IMG/VR virus record: IMGVR_UViG_3300012933_000331
Span: 38,070-102,069 of that record
Origin: a virus
Taxonomy: Duplodnaviria > Heunggongvirae > Uroviricota > Caudoviricetes
Direction: 5' to 3' (one strand)
Length of the DNA: 64,000 nucleotides
This document shows, in pieces, positions 55,213-64,000 of this stretch; the stretch's first letter is position 1, and the number at the start of each line of letters is the position of its first letter. The position numbers and the translations under genes were made by a program. Below the pieces are notes generated by a model. That model saw only the letters and a program-made list of their open reading frames with translations, was not told the origin of the DNA and did not search any database.

Positions 55213-55596
55213 ATGGACTTAGCACTACTAGTATACGCTATCAGTACCATTAGTAGTATTAAAATACTACTAGGGTTGTTGATTGCACTTTCGGCAATTG
55301 CGTCCCTCGGCTTACTTATCTACTTATCCGATCAATACGGTGACAGCAAAAAACCTTGGATATGGAAGCGTATTAAAATATGGTTTGGTATTGGATTATT
55401 CTGCTCGTTTATATCAGTGCTTTTACCTAGCCAGAAAACAGCATATACAATGGTAGGTGCTTATGCCGCCCAGCGAGTTGCCGAGAATGAAAAAGTTCAG
55501 CAACTGTCAAGCAAAGTTCTAACTATTATTGAACAACGTCTTGATGGGTATATTCAAGAAGGCATCGACAATTCCAAAGAGAAAGATGTAAAATGA
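55213..55596 (+). CDS. Membrane protein (127 aa).
   Basis: Two predicted TM helices. Confidence 0.45.
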   Translation: MDLALLVYAISTISSIKILLGLLIALSAIASLGLLIYLSDQYGDSKKPWIWKRIKIWFGIGLFCSFISVLLPSQKTAYTMVGAYAAQRVAENEKVQQLSSKVLTIIEQRLDGYIQEGIDNSKEKDVK

Positions 55597-55853
55597 GACA
55601 CTGGCTATTTGCTGAACCTGTTGGTACAACAAATGAGCCTGTGTGGATGGTATACTCTGAGGATGCTATTATTGCCGAGTATTGGGATACTTGGCATCGT
55701 CAGGGTATTGCTTACAACAAAGCACATGGGCTTGACGTTAACAAAAACATAAGCGCGCACAACTGTATACAGGATTGGGTTGTAGTGCATTGGGCAGTAG
55801 AAGCAACGCCCGAAAACCTGCTTAAAATTATATCTGCGCCAAAACCCCAATAA
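55593..55853 (+). CDS. Hypothetical protein (86 aa).
   Basis: Track ORF; overlapping stop/start. Confidence 0.4.
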   Translation: MRHWLFAEPVGTTNEPVWMVYSEDAIIAEYWDTWHRQGIAYNKAHGLDVNKNISAHNCIQDWVVVHWAVEATPENLLKIISAPKPQ

Positions 55854-55859
55854 TTATAC

Positions 55860-56204
55860 ATGATAAAGATTACGTGGCCAGATCTATACTTTGGGCCTAT
55901 CAACCTATGGAATGTACCAAAACTTATGGACGAGAATATACTCTACTCAAAAACAATCGAAGAAAACATGGACAAGGGTTTTCAGGTTCGACTAGCCGTA
56001 AATGATTTTCGTGATACAACCTATATTCAGCTTCGTAAGTTCTTTTTGAGCTACGAAGGTGACTGGGTTCCTAGTCGTGAAGGTGTTAGTATTCCGGCCA
56101 GCACTGAAAATATTTATGCAATCCTAGACGGACTATTTGAGATTTGCTCTAAAGCTGAAGGTGAAGAGATTATTCGTCACTACAGTGAGCGGCTAAAATC
56201 CTAA
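55860..56204 (+). CDS. Hypothetical protein (114 aa).
   Basis: Track ORF. Confidence 0.45.
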   Translation: MIKITWPDLYFGPINLWNVPKLMDENILYSKTIEENMDKGFQVRLAVNDFRDTTYIQLRKFFLSYEGDWVPSREGVSIPASTENIYAILDGLFEICSKAEGEEIIRHYSERLKS

Positions 56205-56241
56205 CTTGTTTCTGTGACCCTAAACTGTTATAATAATATCT

Positions 56242-57192
56242 ATGAACAAAATTACACAATATTTAGATTCGGCTTCAGCCGCTTATTATGCAGGCTCACC
56301 ATTCATCACAGATGCACAGTTTGACGCGCTTGCTGATAGTGTGGGTTATGGTGCTGTGGGCACTAAACAAAATAGCAAAACCGAGCGTCATTTGTACCAA
56401 ATGTACTCACTACAGAAATACTACGAAGATGAAGGTACCAAACCTCTCCAAGGCATTCGATCTATTGCTACTAGTGTTAAGTTGGATGGGGCAGCTCTTA
56501 GCCTACTTTATGTTGATGGTAATCTTGTTCGAGTTCTTACCCGTGGGGATGGTGTAGAAGGTCAGATTGTTACTGACAAGTTCTTGGGCAACCCTATTGT
56601 TCCACAAACAGTGCCTTTTCAAGGCGTTTACCAGATCACTGGCGAGATTGTGGCTCCACTCAACATCGACAATGCTCGTAACTATGCCGCAGGTGCTCTT
56701 AACCTAAAAGATGTAGCCGAGTTTCAGTCACGGGCATTGAGCTTCTTTGCTTATGGTGTTCAGCCTAGCCTGCACGATACCTTCAACGCAGACATGAACG
56801 CACTGCGTTTGGCTGGCTTTAGTGTAATCAACGAACCAGACTTGGATAAAATCTTTCCTTGCGATGGTATCGTGTTCCGTGTTAATGACAATGCCCAATT
56901 TTATGAAATGGGCTATACAGCCAAGCATCCCCGTGGTGCTTATGCTAAAAAAGAACGAGCAGCCCATGTGGAAACCAAACTACTTTCAGTTGAATGGCAA
57001 GTTGGCAAGTCGGGCAAAGTCAGCCCAGTTGCTATTCTGGAGCCTGTTTATATTGGCGATGCCCTGGTCAGTCGTGCTACTCTTAATAATCCTGGTTTTA
57101 TTGAAATGCTGGATTTACGAATCGGCGACACGGTAGCCGTTATCAGGGCTGGAGAAATCATACCTTGCATTTTACATAAAGTTGATGCTTGA
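56242..57192 (+). CDS. ligA: NAD-dependent DNA ligase, N-terminal fragment (adenylation/NTase and OB-like region).
   Basis: KLDG adenylation motif (…VKLDGAALSLLYVDG…) plus downstream LigA nucleotidyltransferase motifs. Confidence 0.6.
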   Translation: MNKITQYLDSASAAYYAGSPFITDAQFDALADSVGYGAVGTKQNSKTERHLYQMYSLQKYYEDEGTKPLQGIRSIATSVKLDGAALSLLYVDGNLVRVLTRGDGVEGQIVTDKFLGNPIVPQTVPFQGVYQITGEIVAPLNIDNARNYAAGALNLKDVAEFQSRALSFFAYGVQPSLHDTFNADMNALRLAGFSVINEPDLDKIFPCDGIVFRVNDNAQFYEMGYTAKHPRGAYAKKERAAHVETKLLSVEWQVGKSGKVSPVAILEPVYIGDALVSRATLNNPGFIEMLDLRIGDTVAVIRAGEIIPCILHKVDA

Positions 57193-57263
57193 GGAATAAA
57201 AATTTACACTTGTCAAAGCACCCCCAATCAGCTATAATATAGTCTACAAATTGATAAAACAAC

Positions 57264-58031
57264 ATGAAGATCGAAATCCCAACAACCTGCCCCTGCTGTA
57301 GCTACAAACTCGAATTGGTCAACGATCAATTATTTTGTCGCAACACGGCTTGCGGTGCTCAGCTTACCAAAAAAGTTGAACACTTCTGCAAGACCCTAGG
57401 CATCAAAGGTATGGGGCCAAAGTCAGTTGAAAAACTTGACTTGCAAGATTTGACTGAACTGTTTTATCTTGATTTGGAAACAGTCTCGGAAGCCCTAGGT
57501 AGTGAAAAAACTGCCGCAAAACTACTTGATGAAATCGAACGAGCCAAATCGGCTGATCTAGCCACAGTGCTAGCAAGTTTCTCGATTACTCTGGTTGGTC
57601 AAACGGCTTCTAAGAAAATTTGTGATGTAGTTGACAATATCGACGAAATCACATACGAAACGTGCAAAGCCGCTGGTTTAGGTGACAAAGTTACCGAAAA
57701 CCTGATTACTTGGCTAGAAACAGATTTCCCTGATTTGCGAGAGTTTTTGCCGTTCTCTTTCAAATCTACTCGAAATTCCACATCAAACAGTAACAACAAT
57801 TCTAAAACTGTTTGTATCACTGGAAAGTTATCTTCTTACAAAAACAAAGCAGAAGCATACCAAGCTCTGGAAGCTGCTAGATACAAAGCAGTAGAGTCTG
57901 TAACGAAAACCACAGACTATTTGGTTGATGAAGAAGATAAAGCTAGTACAAAACGCAAAAAAGCCGAATCCCTCGGCATCCCAATTATAACAAACCTAAA
58001 TACTTTCTTGAAAGAAAACAAAAATGACTGA
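57264..58031 (+). CDS. ligA: NAD-dependent DNA ligase, C-terminal fragment (Zn finger, HhH, BRCT).
   Basis: CPCCSYKLE…CRNTAC Zn finger; GIKGMGPKSVEKL HhH; VCITGKL… BRCT. It is a separate ORF with its own promoter-like sequence (ACTTGTC…GCTATAAT) in the 71-nt gap. Confidence 0.6.
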   Translation: MKIEIPTTCPCCSYKLELVNDQLFCRNTACGAQLTKKVEHFCKTLGIKGMGPKSVEKLDLQDLTELFYLDLETVSEALGSEKTAAKLLDEIERAKSADLATVLASFSITLVGQTASKKICDVVDNIDEITYETCKAAGLGDKVTENLITWLETDFPDLREFLPFSFKSTRNSTSNSNNNSKTVCITGKLSSYKNKAEAYQALEAARYKAVESVTKTTDYLVDEEDKASTKRKKAESLGIPIITNLNTFLKENKND

Positions 58032-58773
58032 AAAAGCTACTAAAAACTGGTCCGATGAAGCTGTTGACCAACTGATGAACATCGTTGGATCACAAAGCCC
58101 TGTTAGCGTTGAGTCTGTTGAGCGTGCCGCTGAACAACTTGGTAAAACTACTCGTAGTATCGCTTCTAAGCTGCGTCAACTAGACCGTGAAGTTGCTAGT
58201 CTTGCCAAGGAAAAAACTTCCGCATTTACTGCTGACGAAGGCGCTGATCTCGCTGATTTCGTGCAAGCAAATGCCGGTAACTTGACTTACAAAGAAATCG
58301 CTGAAAACTTTGCTGGTGGCAAGTTCTCGGCGAAACAAATCCAAGGTAAATTGCTTGCTTTGGAACTGACTGGTTCAGTGAAGCCAGCAGAAAAAGTGGA
58401 AGTTGCTCGCACTTACACTGAAGCCGAAGAAGCCACTTTTGTGAAGATGGCTGAATCTGGTAGCTTTATCGAAGATATTGCCAGCAAGTTGAACAAGACT
58501 GTTGCCTCCGTTCGTGGTAAAGCCCTGAGCTTGACACGTAAGGGTCAGATTGCCAAGATTCCAGCACAAAAAGAATCACACGCTAAGGAATCTGTTGATC
58601 CAGTGACTGCCTTGGGTGCTGCTATCAGCACAATGACTGTTGCAGAAATTGCAGCTGCTGTTGACAAAACTGAGCGTGGTCTGCGTACTTTGCTGACTCG
58701 CCGTGGTATCAAAGTTGCTGACTATGACGGTGCAGCTAAAAAAGCCAAGGCCGAAGCCAAAGCAGCCGCTTAA
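58024..58773 (+). CDS. Protein with four tandem copies of the family HTH domain (249 aa).
   Basis: Repeats …GKTTRSIASKLRQL…, …GKFSAKQIQGKLLAL…, …NKTVASVRGKALSLTRKG… and …TERGLRTLLTRRGIKV…. Confidence 0.55.
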   Translation: MTEKATKNWSDEAVDQLMNIVGSQSPVSVESVERAAEQLGKTTRSIASKLRQLDREVASLAKEKTSAFTADEGADLADFVQANAGNLTYKEIAENFAGGKFSAKQIQGKLLALELTGSVKPAEKVEVARTYTEAEEATFVKMAESGSFIEDIASKLNKTVASVRGKALSLTRKGQIAKIPAQKESHAKESVDPVTALGAAISTMTVAEIAAAVDKTERGLRTLLTRRGIKVADYDGAAKKAKAEAKAAA

Positions 58774-58790
58774 TTTGGTTTAACCAATTA

Positions 58791-58825
58791 GCCCGGGAGT
58801 CCCATAAAGCTCCCGGGCTTTTTCT
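58791..58825 (+). terminator. Intrinsic terminator.
   Basis: gcccgggag tcccataaa gctcccgggc followed by tttttctg. Confidence 0.7.
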
Positions 58826-58843
58826 GTTTAAGGAGTTCATAGT

Positions 58844-59143
58844 ATGAAAGTAACTATTACATACCATGATAACGAGTCTTTCACGATGGAAGAAGTCGTA
58901 AAACAGGCTGTGCATAATTATGGCAAGGCAGCACAGGTAGAGATTACACCAGAATCTACTATGGCCTATGACCACATCTATTTTGGACTACAGCAGCTTA
59001 TTACGCATGAGCAGCTTAGTTTGTTATATGACAGTGGAGCATCTTATCAACAAGATATTAAAAAGCTACGGGACGAAGTTATGTATAAAGTAACCGAAAT
59101 CGTAGATCAAGTTCTAATAGACAACGAATCGAAAGTAGGGTAA
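58844..59143 (+). CDS. Hypothetical protein (99 aa).
   Basis: RBS aaggag precedes the ATG. Confidence 0.5.
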   Translation: MKVTITYHDNESFTMEEVVKQAVHNYGKAAQVEITPESTMAYDHIYFGLQQLITHEQLSLLYDSGASYQQDIKKLRDEVMYKVTEIVDQVLIDNESKVG

Positions 59144-59144
59144 C

Positions 59145-60536
59145 TTGGATACTAGTGCAGTAGTCTTAAACAAATTATTAACTGAGCGTAACCTAGATAT
59201 CTGGGCAAAGCTGAAGTTGGTATTCTTAGACCCTGCGTACTCTTCCTTGTATAGCGTCGTTAATAAGTACTACGAGAAGTACAGCGCTATACCGTCATTT
59301 GACGATCTTGAGCTAACCTTAAGGGAGGGTCCGGCGTCTAAAACTCTGGCGACTCTCCGGTTAACCGAGGTACCAGACGTTTCTGCTGAAGTAGCATTGG
59401 ATGCGTTAATCGACCAATACACTCAGAATGAAACGGTAAAATTACTAGATAAATTCGTAGATAAACTCCCACTCTACGATACAAACGAAATAAAAGAAAG
59501 TCTAGCGACAATTGCGCTGACTATTGAGGAAAAGACCCACACAAGTGAAAAAGTCTTTACCATGGCTGATATGATGATGTTTCAGCATCCAGAAGACTTG
59601 GAGAAAGAACGTGTATATCTTGGACTTAACAATAGCTTTGACAGTGTTCTTGGCGGTGTTGCTCGCCAGGAACTTATTCTCATTGGAGGTAAGCGGGGCT
59701 CTGGTAAATCTATTGCTAGTAGCAACTTGTTTATTAATCAGTACGAATCTGGCAATTCAAGCATTTATTTCAGCATTGAGATGACTGCTAAAGAAACGAT
59801 GGAGCGTAATCTGAGTATCTTAGCTAATGTTAATTTACAGAACCTAAAGCAACACAAACTAACTGATGATGAACTATTACGAGTTGTAAAAGCTCGTGCA
59901 GAAATGTTTGTTGGTGGCGAAGACTTAGTTTCAGAGTTCATGCGTCATCGTGATCGATTTAAGTTTGAAGAAATGCTGGTACGTAGTTGCAGTCTAAAAC
60001 CCGATAATCAAATGATTATTGTTGACGACCGTGACTTGACCCTAAGCAGTATCGACTTGCACATTGGCAAAGCCAAAGCAAAGTTCGGCGATAAACTCAA
60101 ACTAGTAGTGGTGGATTACTTGAACCAAATTGTCCTAGAAGGTAACGATCAGTATGATTGGAAACCACAAATTGAAGTATCCAAGAAACTCAAAAACCTT
60201 GCACGTAAGTATGAAATCGTCATGGTCAGCCCGTATCAGATTGATAAGGACGGGGAAGCCCGCTTTGCGAAAGGTATCTTGGACGCAGCGGATATTGCCC
60301 TTACTATGGAAGCGCATGACAAAGAAACTAATGCGATCAGTTTTGAGACGACAAAAATTCGTGGGGGCAAGGAAATGGCATTTACGTGCCCAATTGACTG
60401 GGATAGTCTACGCATCAGCCCACAGAGCGTGGATCGCCCACAAGCTAAAGAGACGATAAAGAAAGCTGGTAAGAAATCACAGGACGATGCTCCGCCAGTA
60501 TCGGATGCTGGTGCAGACTTACCTTGGAACGCATAA
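59145..60536 (+). CDS. DnaB-like replicative helicase (RecA-fold ATPase).
   Basis: Walker A LIGGKRGSGKS and Walker B …LVVVDYLNQ…. The track start is TTG, so the true start is uncertain. Confidence 0.6.
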   Translation: MDTSAVVLNKLLTERNLDIWAKLKLVFLDPAYSSLYSVVNKYYEKYSAIPSFDDLELTLREGPASKTLATLRLTEVPDVSAEVALDALIDQYTQNETVKLLDKFVDKLPLYDTNEIKESLATIALTIEEKTHTSEKVFTMADMMMFQHPEDLEKERVYLGLNNSFDSVLGGVARQELILIGGKRGSGKSIASSNLFINQYESGNSSIYFSIEMTAKETMERNLSILANVNLQNLKQHKLTDDELLRVVKARAEMFVGGEDLVSEFMRHRDRFKFEEMLVRSCSLKPDNQMIIVDDRDLTLSSIDLHIGKAKAKFGDKLKLVVVDYLNQIVLEGNDQYDWKPQIEVSKKLKNLARKYEIVMVSPYQIDKDGEARFAKGILDAADIALTMEAHDKETNAISFETTKIRGGKEMAFTCPIDWDSLRISPQSVDRPQAKETIKKAGKKSQDDAPPVSDAGADLPWNA

Positions 60537-60736
60537 TGTACAACACAAACGAATTACTAGAAGTCCTAGAAGATGCTGAAATGGCGTATATTAGTGCTGA
60601 TTTCTGGTTTAGCCGAGATAATCCCGAATTTCCTGTAAATATTCACGATCATCCCGAACATCCAGTATGGAAAGAGCTAAACGCTTTCCAAAACGGATGG
60701 TTAGCTTGCAAGAACTTCTACAAAATAAACACATAA
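60524..60736 (+). CDS. Hypothetical protein (70 aa).
   Basis: Track ORF. Confidence 0.4.
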   Translation: MERIMYNTNELLEVLEDAEMAYISADFWFSRDNPEFPVNIHDHPEHPVWKELNAFQNGWLACKNFYKINT

Positions 60737-60737
60737 T

Positions 60738-60941
60738 ATGTCAGACCCAGAATACGACGTAGTACTAGACACACTACGAAAACAGTATGATAAGCTAATG
60801 GAAATAACTATGCGTAATATGCGCAGTGAATTTCTAAATATGGGAATTATGGACGATATTCGACTAAATCAGTGTGAGCAGCTACAGCACGCAATGCTTG
60901 TCTGGCAATCACATAAGCATTTACCAAAAGCAGGAGATTAA
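60738..60941 (+). CDS. Hypothetical protein (67 aa).
   Basis: Track ORF. Confidence 0.4.
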   Translation: MSDPEYDVVLDTLRKQYDKLMEITMRNMRSEFLNMGIMDDIRLNQCEQLQHAMLVWQSHKHLPKAGD

Positions 60942-60942
60942 T

Positions 60943-61797
60943 ATGTCAGACCCAGTACTAGAACTCATACAGAAAAACGACCTGAAGTTTAGTGTTTCGG
61001 GTCGTGACTACTTAATCAAATGCTTAAATCCAGACCACCAAGACTCAAACCCTAGTTTTCGTGTAGACAAAGTAACGGGCGTAGCCCATTGCTTTGCCTG
61101 CGGGTTTAAAACAAATCTATTCAAGTACTATGGTGTATTCACCAACCTAGTACCAATGAAGATTTTGGCATTAAAAGAAAAGCTGGATGCACTTAAAAAG
61201 TTTGGTCAAGAACTAGACTTGCCACAAGGCTACACACCTTGGACAAAACAGTTTCGTGGCGTTAGTCCTGCAACTCTTAAGCATTTTGGGGCTTTTTATA
61301 CAAATCAAGTAGAAAAGCTACAAGACCGTATTATCTTTCCAATCAAAGATATTACCAATAAAACGCAAGTGTTTGTTGGCCGACACACAATGTCCAACGG
61401 TAATCCCAGATATATCAACTATCCTCAAGGGGTAAAGATTCCGCTTTACCCAGCGCATTTACCTAGTGGTTACTCATCAATGGTAATTGTTGAGGGCTTG
61501 TTTGATATGTTGAACTTATACGACAACGGTTGTGAGAATGTTGTGTGTGCTTTTGGTACTAACACGCTTCAAAACGACACAAAACAAAAGCTGCTGCCAT
61601 TCAGAGCACAAGGCATCACACACGTTTACCTTTTATTTGATGGTGACGATGCGGGTCGTAGTGCCGCAAAAAACTTAAAGCCCCTGCTGGAGGCAGAGGG
61701 TTTTATCACAGAAATTGTTGACTTACCAGATGGAAGTGATCCCGGCGATTTAGATGCCGAGAACGTTCGATCAATCGCAGAGTATGTTAATAAATAA
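60943..61797 (+). CDS. DNA primase (zinc-binding domain plus TOPRIM).
   Basis: …CLNPDHQDSNPSF…HCFACGF… zinc ribbon and TOPRIM …VIVEGLFD…LFDGDDAGRSAA…. RBS caggagat precedes the ATG at 60943. Confidence 0.65.
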   Translation: MSDPVLELIQKNDLKFSVSGRDYLIKCLNPDHQDSNPSFRVDKVTGVAHCFACGFKTNLFKYYGVFTNLVPMKILALKEKLDALKKFGQELDLPQGYTPWTKQFRGVSPATLKHFGAFYTNQVEKLQDRIIFPIKDITNKTQVFVGRHTMSNGNPRYINYPQGVKIPLYPAHLPSGYSSMVIVEGLFDMLNLYDNGCENVVCAFGTNTLQNDTKQKLLPFRAQGITHVYLLFDGDDAGRSAAKNLKPLLEAEGFITEIVDLPDGSDPGDLDAENVRSIAEYVNK

Positions 61798-61850
61798 ACT
61801 TGAAATCTTAGCTTAGATACGCTATAATAAAGTATCACAAGGAATTATAA

Positions 61851-64000
61851 ATGAAAATTGCAGTTATTGATAAAGCACCGAACCGCACTCGGTATAGTGA
61901 CTACTTTGAGTTTGAGTTTGACCATTTTCACATGAGTTCAGTGCCAATTACTAAGTTGCTGAAAAAAGACGTTGACCTAGAAGTTGACCTGACTGAATAC
62001 GACTTTGTTATCTTGGTTGGTTCAGAAGCTGCCAAAGAGTACGCAAAAATTACGTCGGTTACAAACATGGCTGGACAGCTTGTTAATGACAAGTTCATTG
62101 CTATCTCTAATCCAGCTATGCTGAGCTTTAAGCCAGAAGGTAAGCCCGACTTTCAGCGTGCTGTAGACCGTATTCACAAATATATCAAAGGCCAGCTAAA
62201 ACCCAATATTCAGGGTGATTTTAAAGGCATTGATGATACTGCTGAAGCCAAGCGTTTCTTGCGTGAAGTGCTAGAAAACGCCCAAGGCTATGTTGCATGG
62301 GACACGGAAACAACCTGCCTTTACCCACGCGATGGTTATGTACTAGGCGTTTCCATGAGTTATAAAACTCAGCATGGTCGATATATCTTAACTGATTGTC
62401 TAGACGACGTGTGCCTAGACTTGATGCGTAAGATTGCCCGCGAGTTTTACACAGTATTTCACAACATGAAGTTCGACTTTAAGATGATTAAGTATCACCT
62501 TGATATCGACTTTCCTCGTGATCGTGTACACGACACAATGGTTATGCACTACGTGCTAGACGAAACTGATAGTCATGGTTTGAAACCTCTGGCCCTAAAG
62601 TACACCAACTACGGTGATTACGATTCGGAACTAGATGACTACAAGAAAGCATACTGTGCCGCTAATGGTATGTTGCAAGATGATTTTACTTATGACCTTA
62701 TTCCGTTTGATACCATTAGTCGTTACGCTTCGATTGACACAGCCGTTACATACGACCTTTTCCACAAGTTCTGGCCCATTGTACAAGCTAACGACAAATT
62801 GCGTAAGGTTTATGAAGAAATCTTGATTCCAGGTACACTGTTCTTGATGGACATGGAAGAAGTTGGTATTCCCATGAGCACAGAGCGCATGGCTGCTGCT
62901 TCAAAGTACTTGGACTACGAGATTGAAGAAGCCAAAAAGGTCGTTTATAGTTTTGAAGCTGTCAAGCAATATGAAAAAGATTCTGGAAAAATATTCAACC
63001 CTAACTCAGTTATGCAGCTTCGTGTTGTGCTTTTCGATTACCTGGGGCTCAACCCTACTGGTAAGAAAACTGCTACCGGAGCCGTCTCAACTGACGCAGA
63101 AGTGCTCGGAGAGTTATCTGAAGAACACCCCTTGCCAGCGGCTATTCTAAAGGTTCGTCAGCTTGGAAAAATTCAGAATACCTATATTTCAAAGATTTTA
63201 CCGGAAATTGATCGCGACGGTCGTATTCGTACAAATTTTAACCTTATCTTTACTACTAGTGGTCGTCTTAGTAGTTCTGGGAAGTTCAATGCTCAGCAAA
63301 TACCTCGCGACGACCCTATTATCAAAGGTTGTATTCAGGCTCCAGCTGGCTATAAAATCGTATCGCAGGATTTGACCACAGCCGAAATGTATTATGCGGC
63401 TGTGTTATCGGGTGATAAGAACTTGCAAGAAGTTTTCAGCTCAGGCGGTGACTTTCACTCAACAATTGCTAAAATGGTATTCTCATTGCCTTGTGCGGTT
63501 GAAGATGTTAAAAAGTTGTTTGGAAGTATGCGTCAGAGTGCTAAAGCTATTTCATTCGGTATTTTGTACGGCTCTGGTGCTAACAAAGTGGCGGCCACTG
63601 TTACCAAAGGTCTGCCAGATGGTGAAAGCTATCCAGTTGAACAAGCCCGTGATGATATTAAACAATACTTTACAAAGTTCAGCAAGCTAAAGAAATGGCT
63701 TGATGATCGCAAAAACTTTATTCAAACTAATGGTTACACATACTCATTCTTTGGCCGGAAACGCCGACTACCTAATGTCTTTAGCGCAGATAAAGGCATT
63801 GCAGCTCACGAAGTCCGTAGTGGAATTAACGCCGAAGTACAGAGTCTCGCCAGTGATGTTAACTTACTTGGCGCTATGCGAACAGCAAATGAAGTGGCAG
63901 CAAAAGGGCTAGATGCTAAAATCTTTATGTTGGTTCATGACTCGATTGTTGCGCTAGTAAAAGACGAAGATGTGGTGGAATACTGCGAGATCCTAAAGCG
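61851..64000 (+). CDS. Family-A DNA polymerase (3'-5' exonuclease plus polymerase), truncated at the window end.
   Basis: Open frame from ATG 61851 to the window edge. Exo I …VAWDTETTCLYP…; motif B RQSAKAISFGILYG; motif C …VHDSIV…. Absent from the ORF track because it has no stop in the window. Confidence 0.65.
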   Translation, partial: MKIAVIDKAPNRTRYSDYFEFEFDHFHMSSVPITKLLKKDVDLEVDLTEYDFVILVGSEAAKEYAKITSVTNMAGQLVNDKFIAISNPAMLSFKPEGKPDFQRAVDRIHKYIKGQLKPNIQGDFKGIDDTAEAKRFLREVLENAQGYVAWDTETTCLYPRDGYVLGVSMSYKTQHGRYILTDCLDDVCLDLMRKIAREFYTVFHNMKFDFKMIKYHLDIDFPRDRVHDTMVMHYVLDETDSHGLKPLALKYTNYGDYDSELDDYKKAYCAANGMLQDDFTYDLIPFDTISRYASIDTAVTYDLFHKFWPIVQANDKLRKVYEEILIPGTLFLMDMEEVGIPMSTERMAAASKYLDYEIEEAKKVVYSFEAVKQYEKDSGKIFNPNSVMQLRVVLFDYLGLNPTGKKTATGAVSTDAEVLGELSEEHPLPAAILKVRQLGKIQNTYISKILPEIDRDGRIRTNFNLIFTTSGRLSSSGKFNAQQIPRDDPIIKGCIQAPAGYKIVSQDLTTAEMYYAAVLSGDKNLQEVFSSGGDFHSTIAKMVFSLPCAVEDVKKLFGSMRQSAKAISFGILYGSGANKVAATVTKGLPDGESYPVEQARDDIKQYFTKFSKLKKWLDDRKNFIQTNGYTYSFFGRKRRLPNVFSADKGIAAHEVRSGINAEVQSLASDVNLLGAMRTANEVAAKGLDAKIFMLVHDSIVALVKDEDVVEYCEILK

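Noticed and set aside
1-64000. CRISPR array, rRNA, integrase or attachment-site search
   Set aside because: No spaced direct-repeat array and no rRNA-like sequence. No tyrosine or serine recombinase, and no repressor/Cro-like switch. The element looks like a virulent phage segment rather than a prophage or defence island.

Overview
This window looks like a 64-kb piece of a large virulent tailed-phage genome, about 45% GC, with HK97-like head genes and a siphovirus-like tail module. It is tightly packed, uses many sigma70-type promoters and intrinsic terminators, and has no CRISPR array, rRNA or integrase.

Layout:
(a) 1-16450, minus strand: structural and packaging module. Distal tail proteins, a 1535-aa tape measure protein, two tail-assembly chaperones, major tail protein, head-tail joining proteins, a fused prohead-protease/scaffold/major-capsid gene, portal, HNH endonuclease, large and small terminase. 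A GIY-YIG homing endonuclease sits on the opposite strand between the HNH gene and the terminase.
(b) 16450-16770: G/T-rich repeat region upstream of the small terminase gene, a candidate cos/pac site.
(c) 16770-23520, plus strand: early genes in short operons. Each operon is separated by a copy of a repeated promoter/hairpin cassette (eight copies in all). Genes include two SprT-like proteases, a HAD hydrolase, a DEDD exonuclease, and members of a multicopy HTH-domain family.
(d) 23760-24870: about 1.1 kb with no ORF on either strand, a promoter at one end and a strong terminator at the other. This is probably a large non-coding RNA. It is flanked by degenerate cassette copies and an origin-like repeat region.
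(e) 25068-34481, minus strand: small-gene cluster including MazG, ThyX, a phosphoesterase and a SleB-like hydrolase.
(f) 34700-51500, plus strand: repair genes (UvdE, LMW-PTP-like, dNTP pyrophosphohydrolase-like) interleaved with an array of at least 25 tRNA genes. The same region holds a circularly permuted (two-piece) tmRNA next to a ClpP-like protease, an Rsr (Ro60) gene with an upstream Y-RNA-like element, a tRNA-like gene carrying a roughly 110-nt insertion, a rubrerythrin-rubredoxin pair, and conserved covarying hairpins between tRNAs.
(g) 51600-64000, plus strand: replication module. SPFH protein, an NAD-dependent DNA ligase split into two genes, a 4-repeat member of the HTH family, DnaB-like helicase, primase, and a family-A DNA polymerase truncated at the window edge.

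A 9-mer, GACCCTAA, occurs 17 times and is strongly over-represented.

All calls come from reading the sequence and from family-level knowledge. tRNA anticodons were read by hand and several are marked uncertain.
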